From assembly GCF_006345805.1 (NCBI RefSeq), contig NC_042998.1, positions 54,312,001 to 54,376,000 of the forward strand: DNA of 64,000 nucleotides. Direction: 5' to 3'. Below are positions 38,745 through 52,977 of the stretch, piece after piece. A program made the translations under genes and the position numbers. Every line of letters starts with the position of its first letter. Within the stretch, counting starts at the first letter, position 1. This stretch comes from Octopus sinensis (taxonomy: Eukaryota). The notes under the pieces are model-generated. The model worked only from the letters and a program-made list of their open reading frames with translations. It ran no database searches and was not told where the DNA came from.

Positions 38745-38942
38745 GCACAAGGCTCAAATTTTGGGGCAGGGGGCCAGTCAATTAGATTGACCCGAGTACA
38801 TAACTGGTACTTAATTTATCGACCCCGAAAGGATGAAAGGAAAAGTCGACCTCAGTGGAATTTGAACTCAGAACATAAAGACAGACGAAATACCGCTAAG
38901 CATTCGCCCGGCGTGCTAACGTTTCTGCCAGCTCACCACCTT
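38745..38942 (-). mobile_element. tRNA-headed SINE family B
   Basis: ggtgagctggcagaaacgttagc head, gagttcaaattcc B-box, and core ggtcgactttgcctttcatcctttcggggtcgataaattaagtaccag (resembles the Nin/Deu-type SINE domain, from memory). Confidence 0.8.
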
Positions 38943-40542
38943 ATGGCCAGAGTAACATTGTCATCACCATCATCATCATCATCATGCCAGTATGGAAATC
39001 AGATATCAAATGTTGATGATGATGACAAATGGTGGACAAATGGCCCTTCAGATGTGACTACCCCTTCCAACCTTGAACATGCCATTTCTTTCTAAAAATA
39101 AACACATCATAGTAAAGCAAGGTTGTACAGTGGAGAGCAATTCACTCTTATTCCTGTTGTTTCAGCCCAAATTATCCTCATCATGTAGACATATGATGAA
39201 TGATGCTTCACCTGTTTCTTTGTTTTGTTGTTGTTTTGTCGAAGAACAATATTGTATGGTGGCACAGAAATTGTTGGTGTTGCTGTTGTTAAGTCACAGA
39301 TCAACTCTGATTAGATGAATAATGTTCCTGCTGTGACTCCCATTTATATTCAGGCATGGGTATGCAGGTATTTCGAAATACTTCACCGAGTGACAGCTGT
39401 ACCCTGCATAGTTATGGGTTGCCCTTTGGCAAGGCATAGTACCCATTCAGCCACCCTGCCAGGGACATGGTGAAGACATGGGATGACAGCAAGGCAGATT
39501 GTGAAGAGATAGCAGAAAAGCTCAACTGAGCTAACAGTGTTTCTCATTTCTTTATATAGAATATTTATTTATTTACGCGCCCTTTTCAAGCCTAGCCAAG
39601 CTCATGGGCCCAGTTTCCCGGTATCTTTAGTGTATGCATTCCTTCCAGCTGGACGGGACGCCAGTCCATTGCAGCATTACTGAAGAAACAGGAAGAAAGA
39701 GTGAGAGAAAGTTGGAGCGAAAGACTACAACAGGGGTTGCCACCACCCCCTGCCAGAGCCTCGTGGAGCTTTAGGTGTTTTCATTCAATAAACACACACA
39801 ACGCCCGATCTGGGAATTGAAACCGTGATCCTCCGACTGCAAGTCCACTGCCCTAACCACTGGGCCATTGCACCTCCGCAAATGAGCTAACAGTGTTTCT
39901 TACATTGATGCTGAGTGGAGGAATCCTAGAAAGTCAATGGTCAGGATCAACAAGTTCTGTCAAAAGAGTAACTGCAATGCATCCATTGGAGCAGGGTCCA
40001 TGGCTGCGTTAATGAAAGATTCACTATGATTCAAGCTCCCAATTCAAATCCATAATAACAGAAGACTCATGGGAGTTTACAAAAGCAGCAGAATCAGAGA
40101 GAGAGAGGGGTGGGGGAGAGAGAGAGATTATCCAATGCACCGTTTTTGTTTTAAACAATTAGGTATGATTTGAATGTGATTTGACTGCTCTTTCTAGCAG
40201 GTTGTGCAACCGTCTAGAGGCTCCTTTGTTGACACACTATATAGTGGTGAAGGAGCAGAGTTGTGTAATATTATGAAGTTCTCTAAGTGGTGATAATAAG
40301 TTTGAATATCAAGTATGTGTTACTATATGCCTCAAGGCCATAATAGTCCAATATTTCTAAATTATTAACTATTTCACTTGTCTCTTTCATAAAGTTTAGT
40401 GATACCATATAACAGCATCCTGTTCAAGCAGGAACAATTTTAGATCGCAAAGACAGCAGTGATGGTGTTGAGAATCTTGAGTGATAGTAATGTTATTAGT
40501 AGTGGAGGTGGTGGTATTATCATTACTATTATACTTTACAAG

Positions 40543-40925
40543 GTGGTGAGCTGGCAGAAACATTAGCATGCCTGGCGAAATGCTTAGCAGTATTTCGTCT
40601 GTCTTTACATTCTGAGTTCAAATTCCGTCGCGGTCGACTTTGCCTTTCATCCTTTCGGGGTCAATTAAATAAGTACCAGTTACACACTGGGGGCGATATA
40701 ATCGACTTAATCCGTTTGTCTGTCCTCTCTGTGTTTAGCCCCTTGTGGGTAGTAAAGAAATAGGTATTTTGTCTGTTTTTACATTCCGAGTTCAAATTCC
40801 ACTGAATTGAACTTCACCTTTCATCCTTCCAGGGTCAATAAATTAGGTACCAGTCGCATACTGGGGTCGATCTAATCAACTGGCCCCCTCCCCCAAAATT
40901 TCGGGCCTTGTGCCTAAAGTAGAAA
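40543..40925 (+). mobile_element. SINE family B, two tandem copies
   Basis: The family B core occurs twice (about 40600-40720 and 40780-40920). Confidence 0.8.
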
Positions 40926-41154
40926 ATATTATTATGATACTTTACTTCTCAGAGCTCTCAATCTTACTTGCTCTGGTTAATTCTGTGAGAGCAGAGAGTA
41001 TCCTGTTGCCAAAGATCTCACAGGGTCTCTTTCCATGAATCCTGCCGTAATCTTTCCTAGGAGGCAAACTTTCTATAGAAGCACTACCGGTTCATTCTAT
41101 TCCAATCTTCTTAAGTCATTTGTCTCTTGCCTTGCAGTTCCCAATTCCTTTATT

Positions 41155-41326
41155 CTTTTATTTGTTTGTCATTTGACTGCAGCCATGCTGGAGCACTACC
41201 TTTAGTCAAACAAATCAACCCCAGGACTTATTCTTTGTAAGCCTAGTACTTATTCTATTGCTAAGTTATGGGGACGTAAACGCACCAGCATCAGTTGTCG
41301 AACAAACTTGGGGGGGACAAACACAG

Positions 41327-41358
<32 letters not shown>

Positions 41359-41521
41359 GCGATGGGCTTCTTTCAGTTTCCATCAACCAAATCCACTCAC
41401 AAGGCTTTAGTCGGCCTGAGGCTATAGTAGAAGACACTTGCCCAAGGTGCCATGCAGTGGAACTGAACCCGGAACCATGTGGTTGGTAAGCAAGCTACTT
41501 ACCACGCAGCCACTCCTATGC
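41155..41521 (-). mobile_element. SINE family A
   Basis: Near-consensus copy with a (CA)n centre. Confidence 0.85.
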
Positions 41522-41576
41522 CATTCCAATGCACCAGTAATTATAGGCACAATCTATATTATTACTATTATTACTA

Positions 41577-42005
41577 GGTGGTGAGCTGGCAGAATTGTTA
41601 GTGAGCTGGACAAAATGCTTAGAGGCATTTCTCCCTTCTGAGTTCAAATTCCGCCAGGGTCGACTTTGCCTTTCATCCTTTTGGGTTTGATAAAAATAAC
41701 TACCAGTTGAACACTTGGGTCAATGTAATCAACTCATCCCTACCTCCAAAATGGCTGCTCTTGGGGAAAAATTTGAAACCATTATTATTATTATTATTGC
41801 AGCAAGCTGGCAGAATTGTTAGCATGCTGGGCAAAATGCTTAGTAGAATTTTGTCTGCTTTTACCTTCTGAGTTTAAATTCTGCCGAGGTCAACTTTACC
41901 ATTCATCTTTCTGGAGTTGAGAAAATAAGCACCAGTTATGCACTGGGGTCAATGTAACCGACTTATCCTTTCCTTAAAATTGCTGGCCCTGTGCCAAAAT
42001 TTGAA
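41577..42005 (+). mobile_element. SINE family B, two tandem copies
   Basis: Heads at about 41577 and 41800, each followed by the family B core. Confidence 0.75.
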
Positions 42006-43405
42006 ATCATCATCATTTAGTATCTGTTTTCCATGCTGGTATGGGTTAGATGGTTTGACTCGAACTGGTAAGCTGGAGAGCTGCACCAGGATCCAGTGTA
42101 TTTTGGTTTATTTCTACGGCTGGATACGCATCCTAAAGCTCCTAAGAGTGTACCGAGTGTAGAGGTGTTAGGAATAGTAGTGGTGGTGGGTGATGGTAGT
42201 AGTTATAATTGTGGCGGCTGTGATTGTTGTCTTCATTGTTGTCGTGGCAGCATTGGTGAAGAAAGTCCTAATTTCAAATTATTATACACTACTATCGTGA
42301 AGGTGGTGGTGCTAGTGGTAGTAGTAGTAGTAGAAAATGATAACGGCAACTGATAATAAATTGTTACTGATAATAGTGATCATGATGAAAGTGGTGGAAT
42401 AATTTTAATACTAAACATTTTTCATTAGATAGGGAAGAGGAAAAAAAATCAAATACTAAAATTTTACCAATTTTTCCAGATGAATATTTAAAAACAAGAA
42501 AAATTTTCTGCAGCCATCAGTGCCACCACCACTAGCAAAACCACCATCTTGCTTGGCTTTTGTTGCTTTCAACAGAAATGCTTGAATTAAAGTCGAAGCT
42601 ATTGAGACAGTACTCTATGGTTAAAAGTTGGTTTTAACTTTTATGACGTGTTATTAACATAAAGTGATGTTAGGCATCATAAGCTCCAACAAGAGACAGA
42701 AAAAAGAGAAACAGGAGTGCTAATGGGTCTCGGACCATGTATTTATTGCTGCCAGGCGACCAGATTATTGATTACACTACAGAACAATTGTCAAGCTATC
42801 TCTCACCCTTTCTCAAATCAGGTGCTTAAACTTAGACCTATTAAAAAAATTTTTCTTTTTCCAAACTGTTCTATTTTTCATCTCTACAAGACATTTAACT
42901 CTTAAATGGTTATATGACACACCATGACAAAAATTTGCTTTTGTAATGATTAGAAATTGCCTCATTTAATGTCTATCTTCCATGCTGATATGGGTTTGAC
43001 AGCTTTGACAGGAGCTGGCAAGCTAGAGGACTGGCCCAAGCTCTACAGTCTTCTTTGGATGCTCTTTCTTTACAGATGGTACCAAGTGCTTTTCCCATGG
43101 CACCAGCACTGATGAGGTCACCAAGTAACTTGTAAGACAGATTCCGCAACTGAGATGGAGAGTAGTATTGAGTGAGGTGGCTTTGTGTTGGGTGATGAGA
43201 AGTTAATCTATGTTAGAGGCACAGAAACAGGTGTCTTGCTGTACAGGAGATACATGGTTACCACAGTCAACTGTGGAGAGATGGTGATGTACCAGAGCCT
43301 ACCATTGAAGTACAAGAAAATGAATATAAATGAATGAATTAGATAGGGCTCACGAGAGACCAAAGTGGGAAAGAAAGGACAATGCAGTGAGTGGTGAAAC
43401 AAGTA

Positions 43406-44315
43406 TAAAAAGGTGATATCAAAACATTCTCAGACTAGTTCTGTAGCACACCAACAGATGGCAGCATATGGTTGCACGTGCAGTGAGAGCTAACAGTGAC
43501 CTTCATGAAGCAGTGTGCTAAGTGACATCGTTGTATTTACAAGTTGTGAAATTTGTATTTTTGTGATTACATGTATGCTGTAGTCTGCAATTTTTGTCAT
43601 GGACAAAAAGTTGGATCAAAGAGCCGACATAAAATTTTCCATTAAAATTGGGAAGTCTGCTACAGTGACATTGAGAATGCTTCAGCAAGCCTATGACAAG
43701 GCAATGGGTCATACACAATGTTTCGAGTAGCACGGATGCTTCAAAAATGGATGAATATACCTGGAAGACAATAAGATATCTGGAAGACTTGCCATGAGCA
43801 TCACCCCTCAGAGATGTGGAGAAAATTCATCAGCTTGAGCATGAGGATCCTCGGAGAACAATCAATGGCATTTTGAAGTGTTTGAGGGGGAACACTTGGT
43901 GAAAGTGACTTGATCTGTGGAGCGCAAAGAATTGGATTCTTCATGATGACAATGCGCCCTGTCACCAAGCTCTCCTTACTTATGAGTTTCTCACTAAAAG
44001 CAACATGGTATCACTTCTGCAACCACCCTATTCAACAGATTTAGCATCCGCAGGCTTCCAACTCTTCCTCAAGATGAAATGCAGCCCAAAGGTCACTGCT
44101 TAAACACTGTTGTGGTGATTCCAAGCGAATTGCAGAAGGTCCTCAACTCATTTAGGGAAAATGACTTCTAAGCCACATTCCAAAAGTGGTAGGAATGCTT
44201 GGACCAGTGTATTGCTGTGCAAGTTGACTGTTTCGAAGGAAATGATGTTAAAACTTAGCTAAGTAAGTTATTTTTATTAAACATAACTAATCCATAACTT
44301 TTTGATAACACCTTA
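43406..44315 (+). mobile_element. Internally deleted mariner-like element
   Basis: TIR-like ends aaggtgatatcaaaacattc / aactttttgataacacctt. Remnants of HDDNAPCH and PYSTDLAS. Homologous to 29522-30308. Confidence 0.8.
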
Positions 44316-45373
44316 TAGGGAGTGACAGGATAACAATGATGCAGTTGGTAGTGGCGTGAGAGAGAGAGATAGAGGACAGAGAGGTGTTGGGCTGCAGGAG
44401 TCAAGGGAGACACAAGAGATGTAATTTGGTTCCTGTGTCATACACTTTATCAATACATAGTCCCATAGAGACATCTATATAGGAAAAATAATTTAGTTTA
44501 TTCATAGTTTGATTTCCTGTGTTTGAAAAATAATTTTTTTGCCTTTGTTTATGAAGAGTTTTATAATTGGTTACAAATATAAAAGAATTTCCAAGTCTCA
44601 TACACTTATAAAGTTTAGCAGGTGGGGAAAACAAACAGAAAAAAATGGCATTTTTATTCAATTAATGTAACAGAGGAAGATGAACTCAGTGTGTTGTTAC
44701 TATATATTATATATACCAATGTCCAACACAGCAGGGTGCCCCACTTCAGTTCAATGTTTACAATAAGAAATAACACTATCAATCGAATTACAAATGAATT
44801 AATGGCTAAAATATTAATGTAAAATGTAAGAAGGATGAAATGTAAACAAAGAGAAACAGAACTGAGAAAATATTGTTATTACTTTTACTTGTGAAGGTAG
44901 CAAACTGGCAGAGTCATTAGAGTGTAAAAAAAAATGCTAAATGGTAGTTCTACACACTCTTTACCTTCTGAATTCAAATCGTGCTGGGGTCAACTTTGCC
45001 TCTCATCCTTCTTGGGGTTGAGAAAATAAAGTATTCATCATGTACTGAGGTTGATGCTATTGACAAATCCCTCCACTCGAAATTGATGGCCTTGTGCATT
45101 GTTTTTATCAGTTGCTTTATAAAAGTGATGAATGTTGGAATTTTTAGAGTCGCACACAAAATGTCTTGTGGTGATCTCGTTCTATCCCTTTTTGTACTGA
45201 ATTCAAATCAAGCATTAGGCAACCGTTTTATTCTTCTTTATCCTACTGGAATGTGGGGAAAATAAATAACAGTGAAATATCAAGATTTCTCAAACTGACA
45301 ACACCGGCTTTCCATCTTGCCAAATCTATGACTTCATTCTATCATAAGAAATCAAATTTGTTTCTGCATATAC

Positions 45374-45457
45374 ATCGGGATGGCAGGGTGGGCTAAGATG
45401 TCAGACTTAAGTTCCGGTTTAAGAACATGAACTTAGGTTCAGCCCTCACTTCTGATG
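45374..45457 (+). pseudogene. tRNA-Leu(TAA)-like pseudogene
   Basis: 84 nt. Acceptor stem ATCGGGA/TTCTGAT, A-box-like TGGCAGGGTGGGCTAAG, anticodon loop CT-TAA-GT, long variable arm. The T-loop is degraded (GGTTCAGCCC) and the anticodon stem has a mismatch. Confidence 0.6.
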
Positions 45458-48400
45458 GCAAGTGGTTCAAGATGACAACAGCCTACATGCTAAAATTAGT
45501 GAAAGAATAAAAGAATGTTTGGTTTACTTTATTCTGATTCTTGACATTTGTCATTGCAAATCCCTTCACATTTCCTCTTCTCTGAAAATGCTATCACACA
45601 CACACATACACATTCCATGATGAAAGCATGTAATGAAATATTGATTCATATGGCACCAGAGCAGCATGTCAAAGAACAAATATAACTGCCTACATATTTC
45701 CAAAGGTTCTTAGATTCTGTATAAATCAAACAGGAATATGAAAGTTAGGTTACTTGGATAAAATATCATCTAGGTAATTAATCACACAATATTTTGGTTA
45801 ACTGGAAAGAATGGTAAAAATACAAGTAAACACATAATAGTTTTTGCCACTATTACTTAAAGCTGGTAGAATTGTTAGCATGCAGGTCAAAATACTCAGT
45901 AGCATTTCTTCTGGCTTAATTTTCTGAATTCAAATTCTGCAGAGGTCGACTTCACCTTTTGTCTTTTTGGAGTCAATAGAATAAAATACCAGTTGAACAC
46001 TGGGGGTCATTGTAATCAACTAACTCTCGTCCCACAAAATTTCAGATGTTGTGCCAAGAGTAGAGAGAATTATTACTTAAACATAAATAAATAAATGCAC
46101 CCTTTTAAAGCCTAGTCAGGCTCATGGGCCCGGTTCCTCGGTTTCAATGGTGTATGTGTTCCCCAGCTGGATGGGACGCCAGTCCATCACAACATTACTT
46201 ATTTTTGCAGCTGAGTGAACTGGAGCAATGTGAAATGAAGGGTTTTGCTCAAGAACACAATGCATCGCCTGGTCCAGGAATCGAAACCACAATCTTATGA
46301 TCATGATGCTGACACCCTAACCACTAAGCCACATTACTTAAACATACCTGGGAATTTTGACAGGCAACTGTTGGTGCTGCCACCTATGGTTGCTTTGAGA
46401 GAAGAGACAGGGAGAAAGAGAGTTTGCTAAGAAATAGAAGGGAATGAAAATTTTTCCTCAAGGGGAGAGAACCACTCAGGGCTTATGATGTTTTTATTTT
46501 TAGCTTCATTATTATTATTATTATGCGAGGCCGTTTTCTTATGAGTGAGAGAACACATGAAATAATATTTTTACCAGTAACATCATTTATACTGACTTCA
46601 ATAAATATAAAATAAGAGTATTTGTTGAAAGCTTTCTAAATACAACCCTACATTTAATGGCCCCCTTTTAAGCTGTTTCTCAAAACCTTTATCATTGTTG
46701 CCATTTATTAAGTTGCAGGGACACATTTCAATGTTAAGTTTGTGTGAATCTTTCTTGACAATTTGGTTATTTCTTTTATGAACTTCAAATACTTTTCAGT
46801 TTACCTATATTTTTCAGTCCTGATTTTACCTTAGATATTCCCATTCTATTCCAATGCACCTAATATTTTCCTATTTAACTCTTTTGCATCCTGTCACTTA
46901 TTTGGACCCTTTTCCCTTAAGGCTGTCATTCTTTCAAGTCTTTCTTCCCTATTCTTGGCCTCTGGCCTTTGCATATAAAGATCGTTTCAAAAGTTCTCGG
47001 TGCAAATTTCTACCTTACGCAGATTTTGTTCACCATCCATGTCATGCAGGTTACAAACACTACACTTAAAAGAATCTGCCTTCAAATAACTGGAAATAAT
47101 TATTTACCCACAAAAGATCATTGACAATACATTCAACTATATCTTTCAGTAGCACTGATAATGTCACTTAACAGAACTACAGTTCATATATATATATATT
47201 CAAATTTTCAGTTCTGAATAAAATTACAGAGTGCTATACAGGCCTGTAGTTATTCTATCTAAAATTCTATTACACTGACACAGCAACAGTATTACAACCT
47301 ATAACATTTCATATTATTTTCATAACATGCACTTATGGCCAATTGTTTACGAAGTTTGCCTGGCAACCAAGTGGCTTCTGGTTCAACTCCACTATGTGGC
47401 CTCTTGGATATGTGTCTTTTATGTCCCAAAGCTGGCAATAGTCATGAGTAAATGTGGTAGACAAGAAACTAAAACGAATCCGCTGAGGTCGACTTTGCCT
47501 TTCATCCTTTTGGGGTCGATTAAATAAGTACCAGTTACACACTGGGGTCGATATAATCGAATTAATCCATTTGTCTGTTCTTGTTTGTCCCCTCTGTGTG
47601 TAGGCCCTTGTGTGCAGTAAAGAAATAAGAAGCTAAAACGAAACATGTCACATACATGTATGTGCGTATGTCCATGCATATGTATGCATGTATATACATA
47701 TATGTGTGTGTATGTGTATGTATATGTGTATGCATATATACATGTGTGTTTGTGTATGCATATGTATGTGTGTATATATATATGCATATGTATGTGAATC
47801 GTTTACTTGATATCACCTGTGATATCACCAGTGACAGAGAAAGCATCTAACTGAAGAAAATTTGCCTCAATGAATTTAATTTGACCTATGCAAGCATGGA
47901 AAAGTATATGCTGAAACAAAATGAAATGATTATTTTTCAAAGCACACAGCCTATTCTGCAATTGCTAAACTACCATTTCAAAGTTATAGAGAAATCACAA
48001 GGTTATATTCATGTATTATTAGCTATTGCGGCTTCTGTACTGAAGCATGGTTTGTGTAGCTTCAAAACTTACAATCATTGTTGTTTAATATTATTAAAAA
48101 AAATACTATTGGTTGTATGTGTGTAGTGGGTGAGTGTACCATATTCATTCTGGTCTTCTGCAGAATAGTGTTTGAAAAATGTTTTCCCCTTCAATTCCGG
48201 TGTCTTTGGGGATTTATGCTGAAAAATATCAATTTCCAATCGAAATTTGTCTGACCAAAATTTCAAACATAAAAAAGAAAGAAAAAAACCTATTCTCAAT
48301 TAAACACATATGTACACATGTATATTCATACATGCACGCACATATTGACTGCCGAAACATCAAAAGTAAGTGAAAGTACTTTAAAGTTATTTAATTTATT

Positions 48401-49602
48401 TTCTGCCTCACACTGAAAGTACATACATACATACACACACATACACATAGAAATACACACACATACATACATTATATGTGTATGTTTGTGTGTATATATA
48501 TATAACCTTTTCCTGTCCCACTAAATTGTACATTTATATTTGTTTGTATTATATTTTTTCATTGAGTTTAGAGGTAGAATAAATGAAGAATCTCACAATT
48601 TCAACTCCATTTAGGAACAAAAATTTTCAAGAGATTTTCTCAGTGATATTATTGACATGTGAGCTACAGTAAATAAACTGTGATCAGTAAAGTGCAGACT
48701 TTCATATTCTTTGGAATAAGTCAGATATACAATTAACTTTTGATATACATAGCAATTGCTGGTACTTTTTGTGGTGCTTGGTCATAATAATTTAATACCA
48801 AATTTGATTGAGAAGTCTTATTTATACAGATATATATATATCATTATCATCACCATTTTAACATTCGCTTTTCTATGGTTGCATGGGTTAGGCTGATGTT
48901 TTGCAGCCAGGTGCCCTTTCTGTTGTCAACCATCACCTGTTTCCAAGAAAGAGGATATTTACCCATGACTAGTAATGTTTTTACAGAAGACTGGTAATGA
49001 AGGGCACTGCTAGTATGATATAACATTGACAATTATTTACAATGAACATGTGGTGTCAAGACAAGGAGACCCCCACCATATATCTATGTATATATATATA
49101 TATCATCATCATCATCATCGTTTAACGTCCGTTCTCCATGCTAGCATGGGTTGGACGGTATATATATATATATATATATATGTGAAAACTATACGAACAG
49201 ACACCAACCAAAAATCATTACAGTTGGAACACAAGGTAAAATCTAAAATGAATTCCTCGCTTTTTCAAGAACATGAATTTTTTATATTTGACTCTATTGA
49301 ATGCATATCACCACTATGAATTACTACATCATACTCTTTAAACATATAGCATGGACTCACTTTACTATATATGAATTTTTTATGTTTGACTCTATTGAAT
49401 ATTATATATGAATTTTTTATATTTGATAGCATGAACTATCTTTTTTATATATAATTTCTTTTGATAAGGTTCGTCATTTCAAGAACCGAAACATGTTAAA
49501 TAAATAATGTATATATAAAAATTAAAATTTGTCTAATATAGCAGCATTTTCAAACTTCATTTTTTACAAATATATACCCACTCGTATACGAGCTAATCTT
49601 AT

Positions 49603-49633
<31 letters not shown>

Positions 49634-50015
49634 TTCTTTTATTCTTTTATTCGTTTCAGCCATTTGACAGCCATGCTAGAGCACCACTTCAGTAGAACAA
49701 CTTAACCCCAGGACTTATTCTTTGTAAGCCTAATACTTACTCCATCAGTCTCTTTTTATCAAACCACTAAGTTATGGGGACGTAAACACACCAACATTGA
49801 TTATCAAGCAATGGTGGGGTGGGGGACAAACACATATATATATATATATATATACGATAGACTTCCTTCAGTTTCCATCAACCAAATTTAGTGACAAGGT
49901 TTGGGTTGGCCTGAGGCTATAGTAGAAGACACTTGCCAGAAGTGCCATGCAGTGAGGCTCAACATGGGACCATGTGGTTGGTAAACATGCTACTTACCAC
50001 ACACCCACTCCAGTG

Positions 50016-50056
<41 letters not shown>

Positions 50057-51712
50057 ATGCTCCAAGCTGTAACCTAATTGGTAAGGTCAACTTGCATGAT
50101 GTTCTATTCTGTGAGAAATTCTAACTGTTAAATTTTTCACCTGAATTTTTTTTTCCCAATAAAAACCACATCTGAAACAGCTGGAGTGAACCTGAACCCA
50201 CCTGTGTTATTGATTATATATATATCAATAAACGTTATTTGTTTATTGCTTTTTCCCCATTTTTTTTTTAATGAAATATAATTATATTTGGCATGGTTGT
50301 TTTGTTAAAGAAGTTTGCTTTACATTCCCTTAGTTAACAGTTTGATCTCTCTCTGCAGCAGCTTTTGCAGCTATCTTCCTCAAATAACCTTGTGTCAACC
50401 CAAAACATACAAATGAAACACTATAGAAGGGTACTAGGCAGAGGGTTCATGTTTTAAAGTAATCAAAACTAAAACCTTCCATGAAAATTCTATGTTAATT
50501 TCCAAAAAACCAAATTAATAATAACAGAGTTATTTTAGAAAATTATTCACTATTTTCAAAACAAAGACAGTTTTATCTCAAAGAAATATGGTAACAAAAG
50601 AGGTTAAAACTTATCTTCAGTCTTCATGAAGAAAACTCTGCCAAGAATGGTCACAAGCCTAACTGTAAAAGGTGTAGGTTGGCTGTTCTGTTGAGGCAGC
50701 CAAAACCAGGAAACTGGGGAAAAGAGGCAAGAAATCATATGGATACTCTTGGACAATGTTTATTCATTCATGCTACTATATCTGAGGCAGCCATTGTGTC
50801 AGCGCTGAGGATCCAGGATGCTGGTGAGAAATGGATGACTGACCATGACAAATAATATTTTCATGCCAAAGGTCTCAGAGACCATTCTTAAATATGCCAT
50901 GCCCGTGTATCCACCTGCTCACTGCAGAATGCAGCCCTGGATTTTGGACGAATGCCTCAGTTAAGGCCCATGCCATGGATTAGAAAACATGGAATAACAT
51001 TATCAGCAGAGTCTGTCGTCCAGTGGTACACACAGCAGTGCGTTGGTTCAAAGGACAGCCTCCCCTTCAAGTGCCAGCAAGGGATATTACTCACTACTTA
51101 ATTCATGAAGAAAAGATAATATGAAGAAAATCTTCTCATCCTTTTAGAAGCTTACATAGCAGGATTTAAATATGGTCTTGTTCTTATTTCTTATATCAAC
51201 AATGTCAAAGCAGCTTAAAGCATCTTTTCGAGAAATAGAAATCTATCTATAAAATATCATTTTTTTTTTTCTTCCCAATTGATTTTGGTTCTGCAAAACA
51301 TTACTTCACACATATTTTTTTCCTCTTCTATAACTGTCTAAAGAACAGATTTTCACATCTACTTCTGCATCAAATTGATAGCATGAAAAAAAAAGCTACT
51401 GTATAACAAGATTTGACTTTCCTGCATACATAATTTTTATAAAAGTTTTCAAAATAAGCAGTTTGTTTTCATTATTTTTATTATTCTATTTAGTTTAACT
51501 TTTTTTTAAAAATAAAATATTGTCAGGTAAATTTAATTGAGAAAAATGTTGCACTGTTATGACAAGTATTTAAGAGAAAATGATGAATGTCTTTTAACCT
51601 GGGAACAAAAAAGAAAAAATGATGGATAGACAAGTGTTTGCTTTGTTATAAATTGCCATCATGTAATTTAAAAAGACAAAACAAAATCTTTTGTGTCATA
51701 ATATTTAGATAA

Positions 51713-52030
51713 GCGCAGGCATGGCTGTGTGGTAAGAAGCTTGCTTCTGAACCACATGGCTCAGGGTTCAGTCCCACTGAGTGGCACCTTGGTCAAGTGT
51801 CTTCTACTATAGCCTCAAGCCAACCAAAGCCTTGTGAGAATATTTGGTAGATGGAGACTGAGAGAAGCTCATTGCATATATGTATATACATTTATGCATG
51901 TATGCGTGTGTGTGTGTCTGTTTGCCACCTCAACCATCACCACCACTACTGCTTGACAACCAGTGCTGGTGTGATTATGTCCCTGTAACTTAGCAGTTTG
52001 GCAAAAGACAATGATAGAGTAAATACCAGA
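51713..52030 (+). mobile_element. SINE family A (3'-truncated)
   Basis: gcgcaggcatggctgtgtggtaagaagcttg...gggttcagtcccactg tRNA-like head. Confidence 0.8.
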
Positions 52031-52639
52031 CTTTAAAAAAAAAAAAAATAAACACTAGGCATGTGAAATACTACATATATGATGTTGACAATCTTTCAAA
52101 TCTATCATGCATGCAACTTCTACAATAGCCTAGGGCCAGAGAAGAAAACACCAAGCTCAACACAATATACCCACGCAGCAATGTCAACAACTTGTAGGTA
52201 GTAGGATCAGAAGATTAGCTAAACAGGTTTAGTGTGTGTTAAAAGTTATATCACAAACATTGTTTTACTATGTAACATTTGTAGTCTTTATTTATCTACT
52301 CCATTCATTGCACTCTCATAAATGTATGTATGTAAGCATATTAGTGTGTGTGAGCATATTTATATATATACACATGTATATACATACACACATACTTTGA
52401 TAGGTTTCAGCCAGGCCATGTCTAACTTAATAGCACCACCTGGTGAAGTCATTCAAATCAGGAATCAGACAACATGGCCCACTCAAGTAGAGAGTTATTG
52501 TTTACAGAGACATATCTGGATATAGGAGGTTTATCTGGAATTTCTTGAAGGAATTTGTCTGAAGCCTTCTTGAAATTCATGGGCCCTGTTTCTGCTTTAA
52601 TGTGTTTTGGTGTAATGTTAAAGAGAGCAGGGCTCTCTT

Positions 52640-52977
<338 letters not shown>

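Noticed and set aside
6890-47830. Short 9-14 bp palindromes (about 6890, 21089, 21316, 47808)
   Set aside because: Expected by chance in sequence this AT-rich and this long.
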